In this document: positions 1-9,178 of the stretch, piece by piece
Position numbering within the stretch: the stretch's first letter is position 1
Layout of the letters: each line of letters starts with the position of its first letter
Source: a bacterium
Lineage (GTDB): Bacteria; BMS3Abin14
Reading direction: 5' to 3'
Assembly (NCBI GenBank): GCA_029210965.1
Contig: JARGFZ010000005.1
Coordinates: 37,901 to 101,900, forward strand
DNA: 64,000 nt
Translations under genes and position numbers: made by a program
Notes under the pieces: generated by a model
The model's input: only the letters and a program-made list of their open reading frames with translations
Database searches by the model: none
What the model was told of the DNA's origin: nothing

Positions 1-1165
1 AGCAGTGCTCGAGGATCGCGATGACCTGACCTGGCCGAGCAATATGTACCTCGAGGGGTCCGACCAGCACCGGGGGTGGTTCCACAGTTCTCTTCTCGCC
101 TCTGTCGGGACCAGGGGGAAAGCTCCCTTCAAAGAGGTCCTGACCCACGGTTACGTTGTGGACGGCAACGGACGGAAAATGTCCAAATCCATGGGCAACG
201 TCATCTCACCCCAGGACATCGCAGACAAAAGCGGCGCGGAGATCATCCGCCTGTGGGTCGCAGCTGAAGATTACAGGGACGATATCAGGATCTCCCAGGA
301 GATCCTTCAGCGCCTGTCAGAGGCTTACAGACGCATTCGTAACACATGCCGGTATTTATTGGGGAACCTGGAAGGCTTCGACCCGGAAAAAGACACGGTC
401 CCCTTCGAAGATATGGAGGAAATGGACCGCTGGGCCATGCTGCGACTCTCCCAGGTTACCAGACGGATCCTGGGAGCCTACGACAAATACCAGTACCACA
501 CGGTATTCCACACACTGCACAACTTCTGCGTTGTGGATCTTTCCAACTTCTACCTCGACGTGCTCAAGGACAGGATGTACGCTTCGGTTCAGGGAGGACA
601 ACTGCGTCGTTCGGCCCAGACAGTGTTTTTCCATCTCACAGAAGGCATCGTGAAGCTCATGGCACCGATCCTCTCCTTTACCGCCGAAGAGGTTTGGGAA
701 TACCTGCCGGGCATTCGTCCTGAAAGTGTCTTCCTTTCGCGGTTCCCCACTCCCCAGGACAAGTGGGAAGACCCCGCTCTGGAGAATCGGTACCTGGAAC
801 TTCTCCGGATCAGGGATGTGGCCACCAAGGCCCTGGAGGAGATGAGACAGACCAAGAAAATAGGCAACTCCCTCGAGGCAGAGGTGACAATTCACTGTGT
901 GAAGCCTGAGACAGTGGATTTTCTCCTCTCCTTTGGACCGGCCCTGGCAGACCTCTTCATTGTTTCCAAAACTGTGGTTAATCTAACGGAGGTTCTCCCC
1001 GAGGGGTCCATCCAGGATGAACGCACCCAGGGCGTAGGGGTCCAGGTGGCGAGAACCTCCTGGGCAAAATGCGAGCGATGCTGGAAGTTCACAGCGGATG
1101 TGGGAGATTCTCAGGATCACCCGACGATCTGCGGGCGATGTACCCAGGTATTGGAGCAGGGATGA
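1..1165 (+). CDS. ileS: isoleucyl-tRNA synthetase, C-terminal portion (5' end outside window)
   Basis: ORF open to the left edge. KMSKS loop (GRKMSKSMGN), IleRS anticodon-binding region, C-terminal zinc knuckle CERCW..CGRC. Stop TGA 1163-1165. Confidence 0.93.
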   Translation, partial: AVLEDRDDLTWPSNMYLEGSDQHRGWFHSSLLASVGTRGKAPFKEVLTHGYVVDGNGRKMSKSMGNVISPQDIADKSGAEIIRLWVAAEDYRDDIRISQEILQRLSEAYRRIRNTCRYLLGNLEGFDPEKDTVPFEDMEEMDRWAMLRLSQVTRRILGAYDKYQYHTVFHTLHNFCVVDLSNFYLDVLKDRMYASVQGGQLRRSAQTVFFHLTEGIVKLMAPILSFTAEEVWEYLPGIRPESVFLSRFPTPQDKWEDPALENRYLELLRIRDVATKALEEMRQTKKIGNSLEAEVTIHCVKPETVDFLLSFGPALADLFIVSKTVVNLTEVLPEGSIQDERTQGVGVQVARTSWAKCERCWKFTADVGDSQDHPTICGRCTQVLEQG

Positions 1166-1665
1166 TCCGGGACACCATCCTTTTCATAACGATTATCACG
1201 GCTGACCGGATAACCAAGGTGATCGTTCCCTATTTCATGGACCTGAACCAATCCATACCGGTGATCCCCAACCTGTTCAACTTTACCTACGTAAAGAACA
1301 CCGGCGGCGCCTTTGGGATACTGGCCTCCTGGGACAGTCCCATGCGAAGAGGCTTTTTCATCATTGCATCTTTAGCTGCCATCGTGCTGTTATGGTTCCT
1401 GTACAGACAGGCCGCTTCAAGCTCTTCCCGGATGCTCAGGATCTCTCTGGTATCCATCGGAGGGGGAGCCTTCGGTAACCTTTATGACAGAGCTGTATCC
1501 GGTGGGGTGGTGGACTTTCTGGACCTTTACGTAGGCAGCTACCACTGGCCAGCCTTCAACATCGCCGACTCTGCCATCAGCCTGGGAGCGGTACTTCTGG
1601 CCTACTGCTATTTCACCGGAGAGGCCCAAATGCTTGACGGCAGACAGGATCCTGATGTTTCCTGA
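1162..1665 (+). CDS. lspA: lipoprotein signal peptidase (signal peptidase II)
   Basis: ATG 1162 overlaps the ileS stop (ATGA). 167 aa membrane protein with LspA motifs NTGGAFG and FNIADSAI. The longer ORF from 1069 is just an open frame inside ileS. Confidence 0.9.
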   Translation: MIRDTILFITIITADRITKVIVPYFMDLNQSIPVIPNLFNFTYVKNTGGAFGILASWDSPMRRGFFIIASLAAIVLLWFLYRQAASSSSRMLRISLVSIGGGAFGNLYDRAVSGGVVDFLDLYVGSYHWPAFNIADSAISLGAVLLAYCYFTGEAQMLDGRQDPDVS

Positions 1666-2446
1666 ACTTCTTTCGATAGGACCGCTGACTATCCACACCT
1701 ATGGACTGATGGTCGCCCTTGGCATCCTGGCAGGCGTCGGGCTCGCCGAATACCTGCATCGCAGTTCCGGAGGCGAACCGGGCCGTGTCGTTGACATGGC
1801 GCTCATCGTCGTCATATGCGGTCTCATCGGCGCCAGGATCCTCTTCATCCTCATAAACTTCGGATATTACGCCTCAAACCCCATGGAAACCATTATGGTG
1901 TGGAAAGGGGGGCTGGTCTTCTACGGCGGCCTGCTGGGCGGAATACTGGCCCTTCTGGGATGTATCAGGTTTTACCGTCTGCCCCTCTGGCCTATGCTGG
2001 ACATCGGTGCCGCCGCCATTGCCCTGGGGCACGCCATGGGCAGATTGGGCTGCTTTACAGCCGGGTGCTGTTATGGACGACTTTCGGACCTTCCATGGGC
2101 AGTGACCTTTACCGATCCAAGGTGCCTGGCGGTGGAGGTTCTGAACCTCCCCGTCCATCCAACCCAGCTCTATTCCTTCTTCTTCCTCATGGGGCTGACC
2201 GTGTTCCTCGTCTGGCTTCATCCCAGGAAAAAGTTCCCCGGTCAGGGCGCTGCTGCGTACCTCATCCTTTACGGTCTTTTCCGTTTCAGTGTGGAGTTTC
2301 TCCGGTCTGACCCCAGGGGAACCTGGTCCTTCATGAACACCACCCTCGCCACGAGCCAGTGGATCAGCCTGGTATCTGTTTTTACCGGCGTGCTTATCTA
2401 CATACTTTTATCTAGCCAGCTAAAACAAAGAAAAGCCTCCGTATAA
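1655..2446 (+). CDS. lgt: prolipoprotein diacylglyceryl transferase
   Basis: N-terminus MFPELLSIGPLTIHTYGLMVALG, motif HAMGRLGCFTAGCCYG, multiple TM segments. ATG 1655 (alternative TTG 1634) overlaps the lspA end. Confidence 0.9.
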   Translation: MFPELLSIGPLTIHTYGLMVALGILAGVGLAEYLHRSSGGEPGRVVDMALIVVICGLIGARILFILINFGYYASNPMETIMVWKGGLVFYGGLLGGILALLGCIRFYRLPLWPMLDIGAAAIALGHAMGRLGCFTAGCCYGRLSDLPWAVTFTDPRCLAVEVLNLPVHPTQLYSFFFLMGLTVFLVWLHPRKKFPGQGAAAYLILYGLFRFSVEFLRSDPRGTWSFMNTTLATSQWISLVSVFTGVLIYILLSSQLKQRKASV

Positions 2447-2462
2447 CCTATTGGAGGCTTTT
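2431..2462 (+). terminator. hairpin at lgt 3' end
   Basis: AAAAGCCTCC, 12-nt loop, GGAGGCTTTT. Perfect 10-bp stem enclosing the lgt stop codon and ending in TTTT. Confidence 0.5.
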
Positions 2463-2463
2463 C

Positions 2464-2494
2464 GTATCGGTGTGTCGGTGTATCGGCGTATCGG
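2464..2494. repeat. tandem array, unit YGTRTCGG x4
   Basis: GTATCGG TGTGTCGG TGTATCGG CGTATCGG read directly. Confidence 0.85.
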
Positions 2495-2591
2495 AGAGTT
2501 GGTTTTCGGCAATATAGTTGAAATCTTCTCGCCAACTTCTTCTGTCCCCGTTCACAGAATCGCCGTTTCCTAATGCTTTTTGCGTTTTTTT

Positions 2592-2625
2592 CTCCGTTAC
2601 CCCGACACCCCCATACTCCAATACC
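2592..2625. repeat. inverted partner of the 2464-2494 array (CCGTTACCCCGACACCCCCATAC type)
   Basis: Reverse-complement flavour of the GTATCGG/GTGTCGG units. The same words recur at 12494-12537, 22927-22959 and 49087-49128. Confidence 0.7.
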
Positions 2626-2707
2626 TGTCGACTTTAAATAGCGGAAGGGGGAGCCGCTTGCGCGACCCCCCCTCCCGTCCCTGAGACGGCCAGGAAACTA
2701 TTGTAAT

Positions 2708-2835
2708 GGTCGCGACAGTCCGTGCGGGACTCTCGCTCTACGGAAACCGAAAAGCGTGGTTTCCGGTTTCCTCACGGATCAATGAGATCCCTTTCAATCA
2801 TTGATCCGGGCGCCTTTCCCGGGCGCGGTGACGAT
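2708..2835 (+). repeat. multi-hairpin dispersed element, diverged copy (C)
   Basis: Aligns module by module with 42722-42872: GTCGCGACAGTCC.., GGAAACCG-loop-CGGTTTCC, GGATCAATGA-loop-TCATTGATCC, GCGCC-loop-GGGCGC. Abuts the glnA stop. Confidence 0.75.
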
Positions 2836-2840
2836 ACCCC

Positions 2841-4259
2841 TTAACTATCGAAGTACAGTGCGAACTCGTGAGGATGGGGCCTCATGTTGATTGCGTCCAC
2901 CTCGTTCTCCCTCTTGTAGCTTATCCACATATCGATGAGATCCGGTGTGAATACGTCGCCCTTGAGGAGGAAATCGTGGTCCTTCTCAAGGTGGTCCAGG
3001 GCCTCAGCCAGGGATCCAGGGGCCAAGGGGATATTTGCCATTTCCTCGGGAGACAGCCCGTAGATGTTCTTGTCCAGAGGCTCACCTGGATCGATCCTGT
3101 TCTCGATGCCGTCCAGGCCAGCCATGAGCTGGGCTGCAAATGCCAGGTAACCGTTACATGTCGGGTCAGGGGTCCGATATTCTACTCTTTTAGCCTTCGG
3201 ACTTGCCGAGTACATGGGGAGCCTTATGGCAGCACTTCTGTTGCGAGAGGAATAAACCAGGTTGATGGGTGCCTCGTAACCGGGAACCAGCCGCTTGTAG
3301 GAGTTGGTCGTGGGGTTTGTCAGGGCACACAGGGCCGGAGCGTGCTTCAGTAATCCGCCCATGTAGTGCATTGCCATCTCGCTGATCCCGCCGTACTTGT
3401 CACCTGCGAAGAGGGGTTTGCCGTCTTTCCAGATGCTCTGATGCGTGTGCATCCCGGAGCCGTTGTCCCCAAAAATGGGCTTGGGCATGAAGGTTGCCGT
3501 TTTCCCGTGCTTCCTGGCAACGTTCTTGACCACATACTTGAACCTCATGAGGTTGTCAGCGCACTGGACGAGGGGAGCGTACTTCATGTCGATCTCCGCT
3601 TGCCCGGCGGTGGCCACCTCGTGGTGCTCTGCCTCGATCTCGATCCCGTAAGTATCCTGGAGGATCTGGACCATTTCCATCCTGATGTCGGTCTGGCTGT
3701 CGTTTGGAGGGGCGGGGAAGTAACCGCCGCCGTGCTTGGCCTTGTAACCCAGGTTGGGGCCTTCCTCACTGCCGGTGTTCCAACAGCCCTCCACCGAATC
3801 GATGTAGTAGTACCCCGAGTGAGCGTTCTGGTCGAAACGGATGCCGTCGAAGATAAAGAACTCGGCCTCGGGACCGAAGAAGGCCGTGTCGCCTATCCCC
3901 GTGGACTTAAGGTACACCTCTGCTTTCTGGGCCACGTGACGAGGATCCCTGGAATAGGGCTCCTTGGTGATGGGATCGAAGATGTTGCAGATCATGGACA
4001 TGGTAGGTACATACGTCAGGAAGGGGTCTATCATTACGGTGGACGCATCCGGGATGACCAGCATATCGCTGGCGTGGATGGGCTGCCACCCACGAATAGA
4101 GGAACCATCGAAACCGAACCCCTCTTCAAAGCTGCTCTCCTCAAGCTGTTGGATGGGCACACTGAAGTGCTGCCATGTACCAGGCAGATCCATGAACTTG
4201 AGATCTACCATTTTGATGCCTTTTTCCTTCGCTAATTCCAGTACCGCTTTGGGTGTCAT
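2841..4259 (-). CDS. glnA: glutamine synthetase type I
   Basis: 472 aa. GS-I signatures FDGSSIRGW and [16 protein letters not shown]; adenylylation-loop Tyr context [18 protein letters not shown] before ATG 4259. Confidence 0.95.
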   Translation of the reverse strand: MTPKAVLELAKEKGIKMVDLKFMDLPGTWQHFSVPIQQLEESSFEEGFGFDGSSIRGWQPIHASDMLVIPDASTVMIDPFLTYVPTMSMICNIFDPITKEPYSRDPRHVAQKAEVYLKSTGIGDTAFFGPEAEFFIFDGIRFDQNAHSGYYYIDSVEGCWNTGSEEGPNLGYKAKHGGGYFPAPPNDSQTDIRMEMVQILQDTYGIEIEAEHHEVATAGQAEIDMKYAPLVQCADNLMRFKYVVKNVARKHGKTATFMPKPIFGDNGSGMHTHQSIWKDGKPLFAGDKYGGISEMAMHYMGGLLKHAPALCALTNPTTNSYKRLVPGYEAPINLVYSSRNRSAAIRLPMYSASPKAKRVEYRTPDPTCNGYLAFAAQLMAGLDGIENRIDPGEPLDKNIYGLSPEEMANIPLAPGSLAEALDHLEKDHDFLLKGDVFTPDLIDMWISYKRENEVDAINMRPHPHEFALYFDS

Positions 4260-4326
4260 ATCTACCTCCGTCTTTTAATTGTCCCTTATGCTCAGGGCAG
4301 TTCTTGATCAATTCCCGGGATATTAT

Positions 4327-4358
4327 CTTTAACCTGCTGTCTTGCGAGCAGGTTAAAG
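4327..4358 (-). terminator. intercistronic hairpin between glnB and glnA
   Basis: CTTTAACCTGCT, 8-nt loop, AGCAGGTTAAAG. Perfect 12-bp stem starting 2 nt after the glnB stop. No clear U-tract, so it could be an attenuator or processing site rather than a full terminator. Confidence 0.45.
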
Positions 4359-4359
4359 A

Positions 4360-4722
<363 letters not shown>

Positions 4723-4727
4723 TCAGA

Positions 4728-4757
4728 ATATGCAATGGGCTAAAGCCAATTGCATAT
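4728..4757. promoter_or_regulatory. 30-bp near-perfect palindrome in the glnB leader
   Basis: ATATGCAATGGGCT AA AGCCAATTGCATAT. 14-nt arms with one mismatch, 30-60 nt upstream of the glnB start. Confidence 0.35.
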
Positions 4758-5066
4758 GTAGCGAAATCTTCGCTTAAACAGCTAATAGCGCAGAACGAAG
4801 CAGGATGGATTAGACAAAAGTCCATCAACCGCTGGCCTTTAAAGAGCAACAGCCGTACCAAACTTCAGGTTTCAGAATTAATCCACGTAACCTGAAGATA
4901 AATAAAAAAAATAAGGAGCATGGGGCTGATACAGACGTGAAGGGTGCAAAAGATTTTGCACAGAAAAGGAACAGGGGAAATTTTTATGCCTAAAAATCAG
5001 GCGATTGAATGTATTTCAGGAATAAACTCTATATTTCAAATCCGAGAGATAAGAGTTACCAGGATC

Positions 5067-5540
5067 TCACGGATTTGAAATACCAAGTATCTCCAGTTCG
5101 CGCATACCCCGGGGGATCTGCACCTGGACCACGTCTCCCACAGTCTTTCCAATAAGAGCCCTGGCGACGGGAGAGCTTATGCTGATGCGCTGTTCTGCGA
5201 TATCCGCCTCGTCCATGCCCACGATCTGATAGGAGATCTCTTCACCCGAATCCAGGTCCTGAACCGTTACCTGCAGACCGAACACGACCCTTTCTGTGCT
5301 CATGGCAGCGGGGTCCACAACATCGGCATTGGCGATCTTGTTCGCATGATCACGGATCTTCCTCTCAAGAAAAGCCTGATGCTCCTTGGCGGCGTCGTAC
5401 TCGGCGTTCTCTGATATATCCCCGTGCCCCCTGGCTACGGCGATGGCTTCGATCACCTTCGGACGCTCAACCGACTTTAGCCTCTTGAGTTCCTCCTGGA
5501 GTTTCTTTAATCCACCTGGGGTGATGGGGTACTTGGACAT
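5067..5540 (-). CDS. greA: transcription elongation factor GreA
   Basis: 157 aa. MSKYPITPGGLKKLQEELKRLK..AEYDAAKE. GreA/GreB coiled-coil plus C-terminal domain. Confidence 0.93.
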   Translation of the reverse strand: MSKYPITPGGLKKLQEELKRLKSVERPKVIEAIAVARGHGDISENAEYDAAKEHQAFLERKIRDHANKIANADVVDPAAMSTERVVFGLQVTVQDLDSGEEISYQIVGMDEADIAEQRISISSPVARALIGKTVGDVVQVQIPRGMRELEILGISNP

Positions 5541-5666
5541 GAATTTTACTCTCCTGATTTATGATGACTACCCTAATAGGCCAAAAAAAAAGCAACCACC
5601 TGCACACTGCACAGGTGGAAACATAAAATAGTAGATACCCCGAAACTACCGAAATGTCAACTGTTT

Positions 5667-8330
5667 TCAGCTTTTTGGGTTAACAGGGAACAGGAACTGT
5701 TCAATATCTCGTGTCAGATCTTCCAACTGGACCCTGGATACATCCACAGCCCCCACCGAGTTTAAAAAAATCCGCCCATAGGAGCGCCGCACCACACGCC
5801 CGTCGCAGATCACAACATATCCCCTGTCAAAGCGGTGTCGGATCAACCTCCCCACACCCTGCCTGAAACGAATGACCGCCCGAGGAACGGAGTCCTCATA
5901 AAAGGGTTCTCGCCCCTGTTGGATAAGAATCTGGCTCCTGGCCTCATTGATCGGATCGGTAGGAACCGGGAAAGGCAAACGGGCAATAATGACAAGACGC
6001 AATGAAGTTCCCACCACATCGACCCCTTCCCAGAAACTGTCCGTGGCAAAAAGAACCGAGTCGGGATCGGCTCTGAAACGTTCAAGTAAAACGCTCCTCT
6101 GGGCTTCACCCTGCCGCATGACATGTATTCCTGCCTCTTCGAACGGCCCGGAGCAACTTTCGTGAACAGCGGAAAGGGTTTTATAGGAGGTAAACAGGAC
6201 CAGGGTTCCACCACCTGCAGCCAGAACCAGATCCCTGATGGCCCCCGAGAGAGCATCGGTGAACCCATAACTTCCAGGGTCGGGGAGTGAATCCAGCACA
6301 GCAAGGCGCATCTGCTTGCCAAGGTCAAAGGGTGTTGGATATGTCCAGTGCCTGATCTCGCGGTCGGAGAGACAATCAAGGCCCAGTTGACGATCAAAAA
6401 AATTGAAACTCCCCGAGACAGTAAGAGTCGCCGATGTCATTACCACCGCTCCCACCTGGGTAAAGAGAGTCTGCTCCAAAATGGGTGCCACATCAAGGGG
6501 CGTCAGATGAAGACTGACTTGTTGTCTGCCGGAGCGCCCCCTGACCTGGACCCAGAAGACCTCTTCCGGATCTTCCCCTTCAAGTATGCGCTTTAAAAAT
6601 TGTGCCGCAGCATCCATACGGCTGAAAGCGGCGGCAAGGTCACCCCAGACGTGCTCGAAATCGTCATGGCCTTCATCCACCAGTTCCCTGATGCGGCTAT
6701 TGACCTTTCTGAGGGGGGCCACAACGCTGCCGATAAGGGAGACCATCTCCTTCAGAAGACCCTGGATCCCCTGCCATGGCAATTCCTCTCGTCGCTCCAG
6801 AGGAATTCTCCAGCGGTAATCCCCTCCCCCATCCGTGGATGGGGAGCGCGAATATTCTGCCATGGACCCTGACCCTGGATCTTGGACCTTTGATCCTTGC
6901 CTGGTTTTCTTTGAGATCTGAGATCTGAGATCTGAGATTCGTGGTTCTCCAGAGAGCCACGACACCAGATCCTCACCGATATCCTCAAAGAGGGTATCAA
7001 GGCTGCCGCGGGCCCGCCCGACTTCCTCGGTCAATTTCCGCACCAGTTCTGCAAGATCCTCCCTGCCTTTTTTGTTTGAGCCCTTCAGATTCCCGATACG
7101 TTTCCGCAGGAACGGTGCCAGGCCGCGCTCCGGGTTGCGCGTGTTCACCAGGCGCCCCAGGTGGGCCATCAAACCCCGCCTGCTCAGACCTTCCTCGAAA
7201 TAGGATATGGCCACATCCTCCACGTTATGAGCCTCGTCCAGAATGACGGCCTCGTAGCGGGGCATGATAGCGGCGCTTTCGTGTCCCCCTTCCCTGAGGG
7301 AGAGATCTGCGAACAGGATGTGGTGGTTTGCCAATAGAAGCTGGGCCGAAGAGGCTTCCAGGCGGGCTCTGTAGAAGAAACAATCGGAAAAGTTGGAACA
7401 CCTGGCCCGGGTACAGGAATCCGACTCGGCCCTGAAATTGGACCAGTTGGCATCTGCAGGGACAAAGGGCAGATCGGACAAGGTGCCGTCCGCTGTTGTC
7501 CGACTCCAGGCCAGAAGCTGCTGAATTTCCTTGAGATCATCCAGTTCCAGCAGGGTATTGCCGACATCCCCTTCCAGCAGATCCCTCTTTCGGAGACAGC
7601 AGTAGTTTCCCCTGCCCTTGATAAGAACTGCCTTGATGGTAACTCCGAGGGCTTCTTCCAGAATGGGAAGGTCCTGATCCAGTATCTGTTCCTGCAGGTT
7701 GATCGTTCTTGTGGCCACAACAACACGCCGGTTGCTTCGAAGGGCCCAGAGAGCTGCCGGGACCAGATACGCCAGGCTTTTACCAGTTCCAGTCCCGGCC
7801 TCCAGAACCCCCACAGCCCCCGACTCCAGGACACCTGCCACGTCGGAGGCCATCTGGCCCTGCGCCGGGCGCTCCTCGTAGTTGGGGTGCGTCCTGGCCA
7901 GCGTTCCACCAGGCTCGAAAAGGGCTGCCACCTCCATGGGATCAAGAGGGTCCGGGCGTTTGACGGCCATGTGTGGTTCAACCACGGCGTAGACGCGCTC
8001 ACACATGTTGTCGACAATGTAAAACCCGATCCCCTGAGCCCCGAGGCTGGATGCGACTTCAAGGTCCGCTCCTGAAGGGACGAGAAGCCCGTTGGGGTGA
8101 TTATGAATAACAACATCTCCTGCCTGGGCAATGGCAGCGGCAGCCGGGACAGCTCCGGAGTTGCCTCTGGCGAGGACCTCCACCGCCTCCACGATATCCT
8201 CTTCGCCGAGACGGCCGAGGAAAAAGACCTCATTCCCGCCGGCTTTTTCTATCTCCCCGGCAACAGCCTCACGGGACTCATCCGAGATCCTTTCTGCAAC
8301 AGGTGCTCCGGGTCCTTTGGATAATTTCAA
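5667..8330 (-). CDS. XPD/DinG-family Fe-S DNA helicase with N-terminal JAB/MPN (JAMM) domain
   Basis: 887 aa. aa ~30-115 carry E..HNHPNGLLVPSGAD (ExnHxHx7SxxD). Walker A GTGTGKS, DEAH box VILDEAHNVED, Cys cluster CC..C-x4-C-x5-C. C-terminal helicase motifs (ATDSFWEGVD, QGVGRLIR). Start is TTG 8330, no ATG nearby, so the start is uncertain. Confidence 0.85.
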   Translation of the reverse strand: MKLSKGPGAPVAERISDESREAVAGEIEKAGGNEVFFLGRLGEEDIVEAVEVLARGNSGAVPAAAAIAQAGDVVIHNHPNGLLVPSGADLEVASSLGAQGIGFYIVDNMCERVYAVVEPHMAVKRPDPLDPMEVAALFEPGGTLARTHPNYEERPAQGQMASDVAGVLESGAVGVLEAGTGTGKSLAYLVPAALWALRSNRRVVVATRTINLQEQILDQDLPILEEALGVTIKAVLIKGRGNYCCLRKRDLLEGDVGNTLLELDDLKEIQQLLAWSRTTADGTLSDLPFVPADANWSNFRAESDSCTRARCSNFSDCFFYRARLEASSAQLLLANHHILFADLSLREGGHESAAIMPRYEAVILDEAHNVEDVAISYFEEGLSRRGLMAHLGRLVNTRNPERGLAPFLRKRIGNLKGSNKKGREDLAELVRKLTEEVGRARGSLDTLFEDIGEDLVSWLSGEPRISDLRSQISKKTRQGSKVQDPGSGSMAEYSRSPSTDGGGDYRWRIPLERREELPWQGIQGLLKEMVSLIGSVVAPLRKVNSRIRELVDEGHDDFEHVWGDLAAAFSRMDAAAQFLKRILEGEDPEEVFWVQVRGRSGRQQVSLHLTPLDVAPILEQTLFTQVGAVVMTSATLTVSGSFNFFDRQLGLDCLSDREIRHWTYPTPFDLGKQMRLAVLDSLPDPGSYGFTDALSGAIRDLVLAAGGGTLVLFTSYKTLSAVHESCSGPFEEAGIHVMRQGEAQRSVLLERFRADPDSVLFATDSFWEGVDVVGTSLRLVIIARLPFPVPTDPINEARSQILIQQGREPFYEDSVPRAVIRFRQGVGRLIRHRFDRGYVVICDGRVVRRSYGRIFLNSVGAVDVSRVQLEDLTRDIEQFLFPVNPKS
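6865..6940. repeat. heptamer tandem array inside the helicase ORF
   Basis: GAGATCT x3 plus GAGATTC (6913-6940), preceded by degenerate 7-mers GACCCTG ACCCTGG ATCTTGG ACCTTTG ATCCTTG. Encodes the low-complexity stretch RISDLRSQIS..QGSKVQDPGSGS. Confidence 0.85.
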
Positions 8331-8540
8331 TGCAGTGATCCTATTTTAGGGTGCGGCGATGTGAAATGAATTCGAGCCTCACCGTCAGGTTGTGTCTATG
8401 GTCAGCTCGCTTCACCCACTGTTGTTTAAGTTCCTGATAGTAGACCAATGGATGGAAAAGGGCCATGATAAGTGATGTGTTACCTGTATTTTGTAAACGG
8501 CGATCATGGACATAGAACCTCAAATCCCAGGTTATTAGAC

Positions 8541-8570
8541 AAAAAAAGCCCCGCTAAACGCGGGGCTTTC
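8541..8570 (-). terminator. rho-independent terminator of hsp20
   Basis: GCCCCGC, 5-nt loop, GCGGGGC flanked by A7/T3. On the minus strand the stem is followed by a U-run, 20 nt after the hsp20 stop. Confidence 0.8.
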
Positions 8571-8589
8571 TGCGTGGCCAGTCCGTATA

Positions 8590-9051
8590 TTAATCCACAC
8601 TGATCTGGACCAGTTTTTCCTTTTCTTCCTCAGCCTTGGGCAGGATGATCCGAAGCACGCCATCCACGAAAGTTGCCTTGACCTTGTCGGTCTTGACATT
8701 GGAAGGAAGGGTCACGGACCGGGAGAAACTTCCGAAGCTTCTCTCCACATAGTACCGGTTCTCGCCCTTTTCCTCCCTTTCCTCATTCTTCTCGCCCTTG
8801 ATACTGAGAACATCGTCCTTGAGGGTGACCTCCACGTCCTCCTTCTTGACACCCGGGAGCTCCACCTTTACCTGAAGATCCTCCACAGTGTCAACGATAT
8901 CTACGGCCGGGTTGAAAGCAGCTACGGTTTTCTCACCGGTATCATCGTAGAAATCAGAAAAGACCCTGTTCATTTCGTCCTGAAGACCTCTCAGCCCAAA
9001 GAAGGGCCTGTAGTATACAGGACGCCCACCTCTGTATCGCTCGATCTGCAT
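8590..9051 (-). CDS. small heat-shock protein (Hsp20 / alpha-crystallin family)
   Basis: 153 aa. Alpha-crystallin core PAVDIVDTVEDLQVKVELPGVKKEDVEVTLKDDVLSIKGEK. GGAGG RBS. Confidence 0.92.
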   Translation of the reverse strand: MQIERYRGGRPVYYRPFFGLRGLQDEMNRVFSDFYDDTGEKTVAAFNPAVDIVDTVEDLQVKVELPGVKKEDVEVTLKDDVLSIKGEKNEEREEKGENRYYVERSFGSFSRSVTLPSNVKTDKVKATFVDGVLRIILPKAEEEKEKLVQISVD

Positions 9052-9178
9052 AGTTTAGAACCTCCTTTCTATATTCAGGTTTTTTTTACTACAGTTAAAA
9101 TTTAACTCACACTTGGTGCATGTCAAGATACCCTACCCTTGCTACAGGTAAACCTCATGGAGTATTATCCCTCTGGTC

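Noticed and set aside
3366-4235. 289-aa plus-strand ORF
   Set aside because: It is antisense to glnA.
4728-4757. Sigma-54 promoter (TGGCAC-N5-TTGC) inside the glnB palindrome
   Set aside because: Reading the minus strand gives TTGGCTTTAGCCCATTGCA. The GG-to-GC spacing is 12 nt instead of 10, so it does not fit the -24/-12 geometry.
7184-8233. 349-aa minus-strand ORF in an alternative frame of the helicase gene
   Set aside because: It overlaps the helicase frame, which carries all the conserved motifs. The product is Pro/Arg/Trp-rich, as expected for an off-frame translation.
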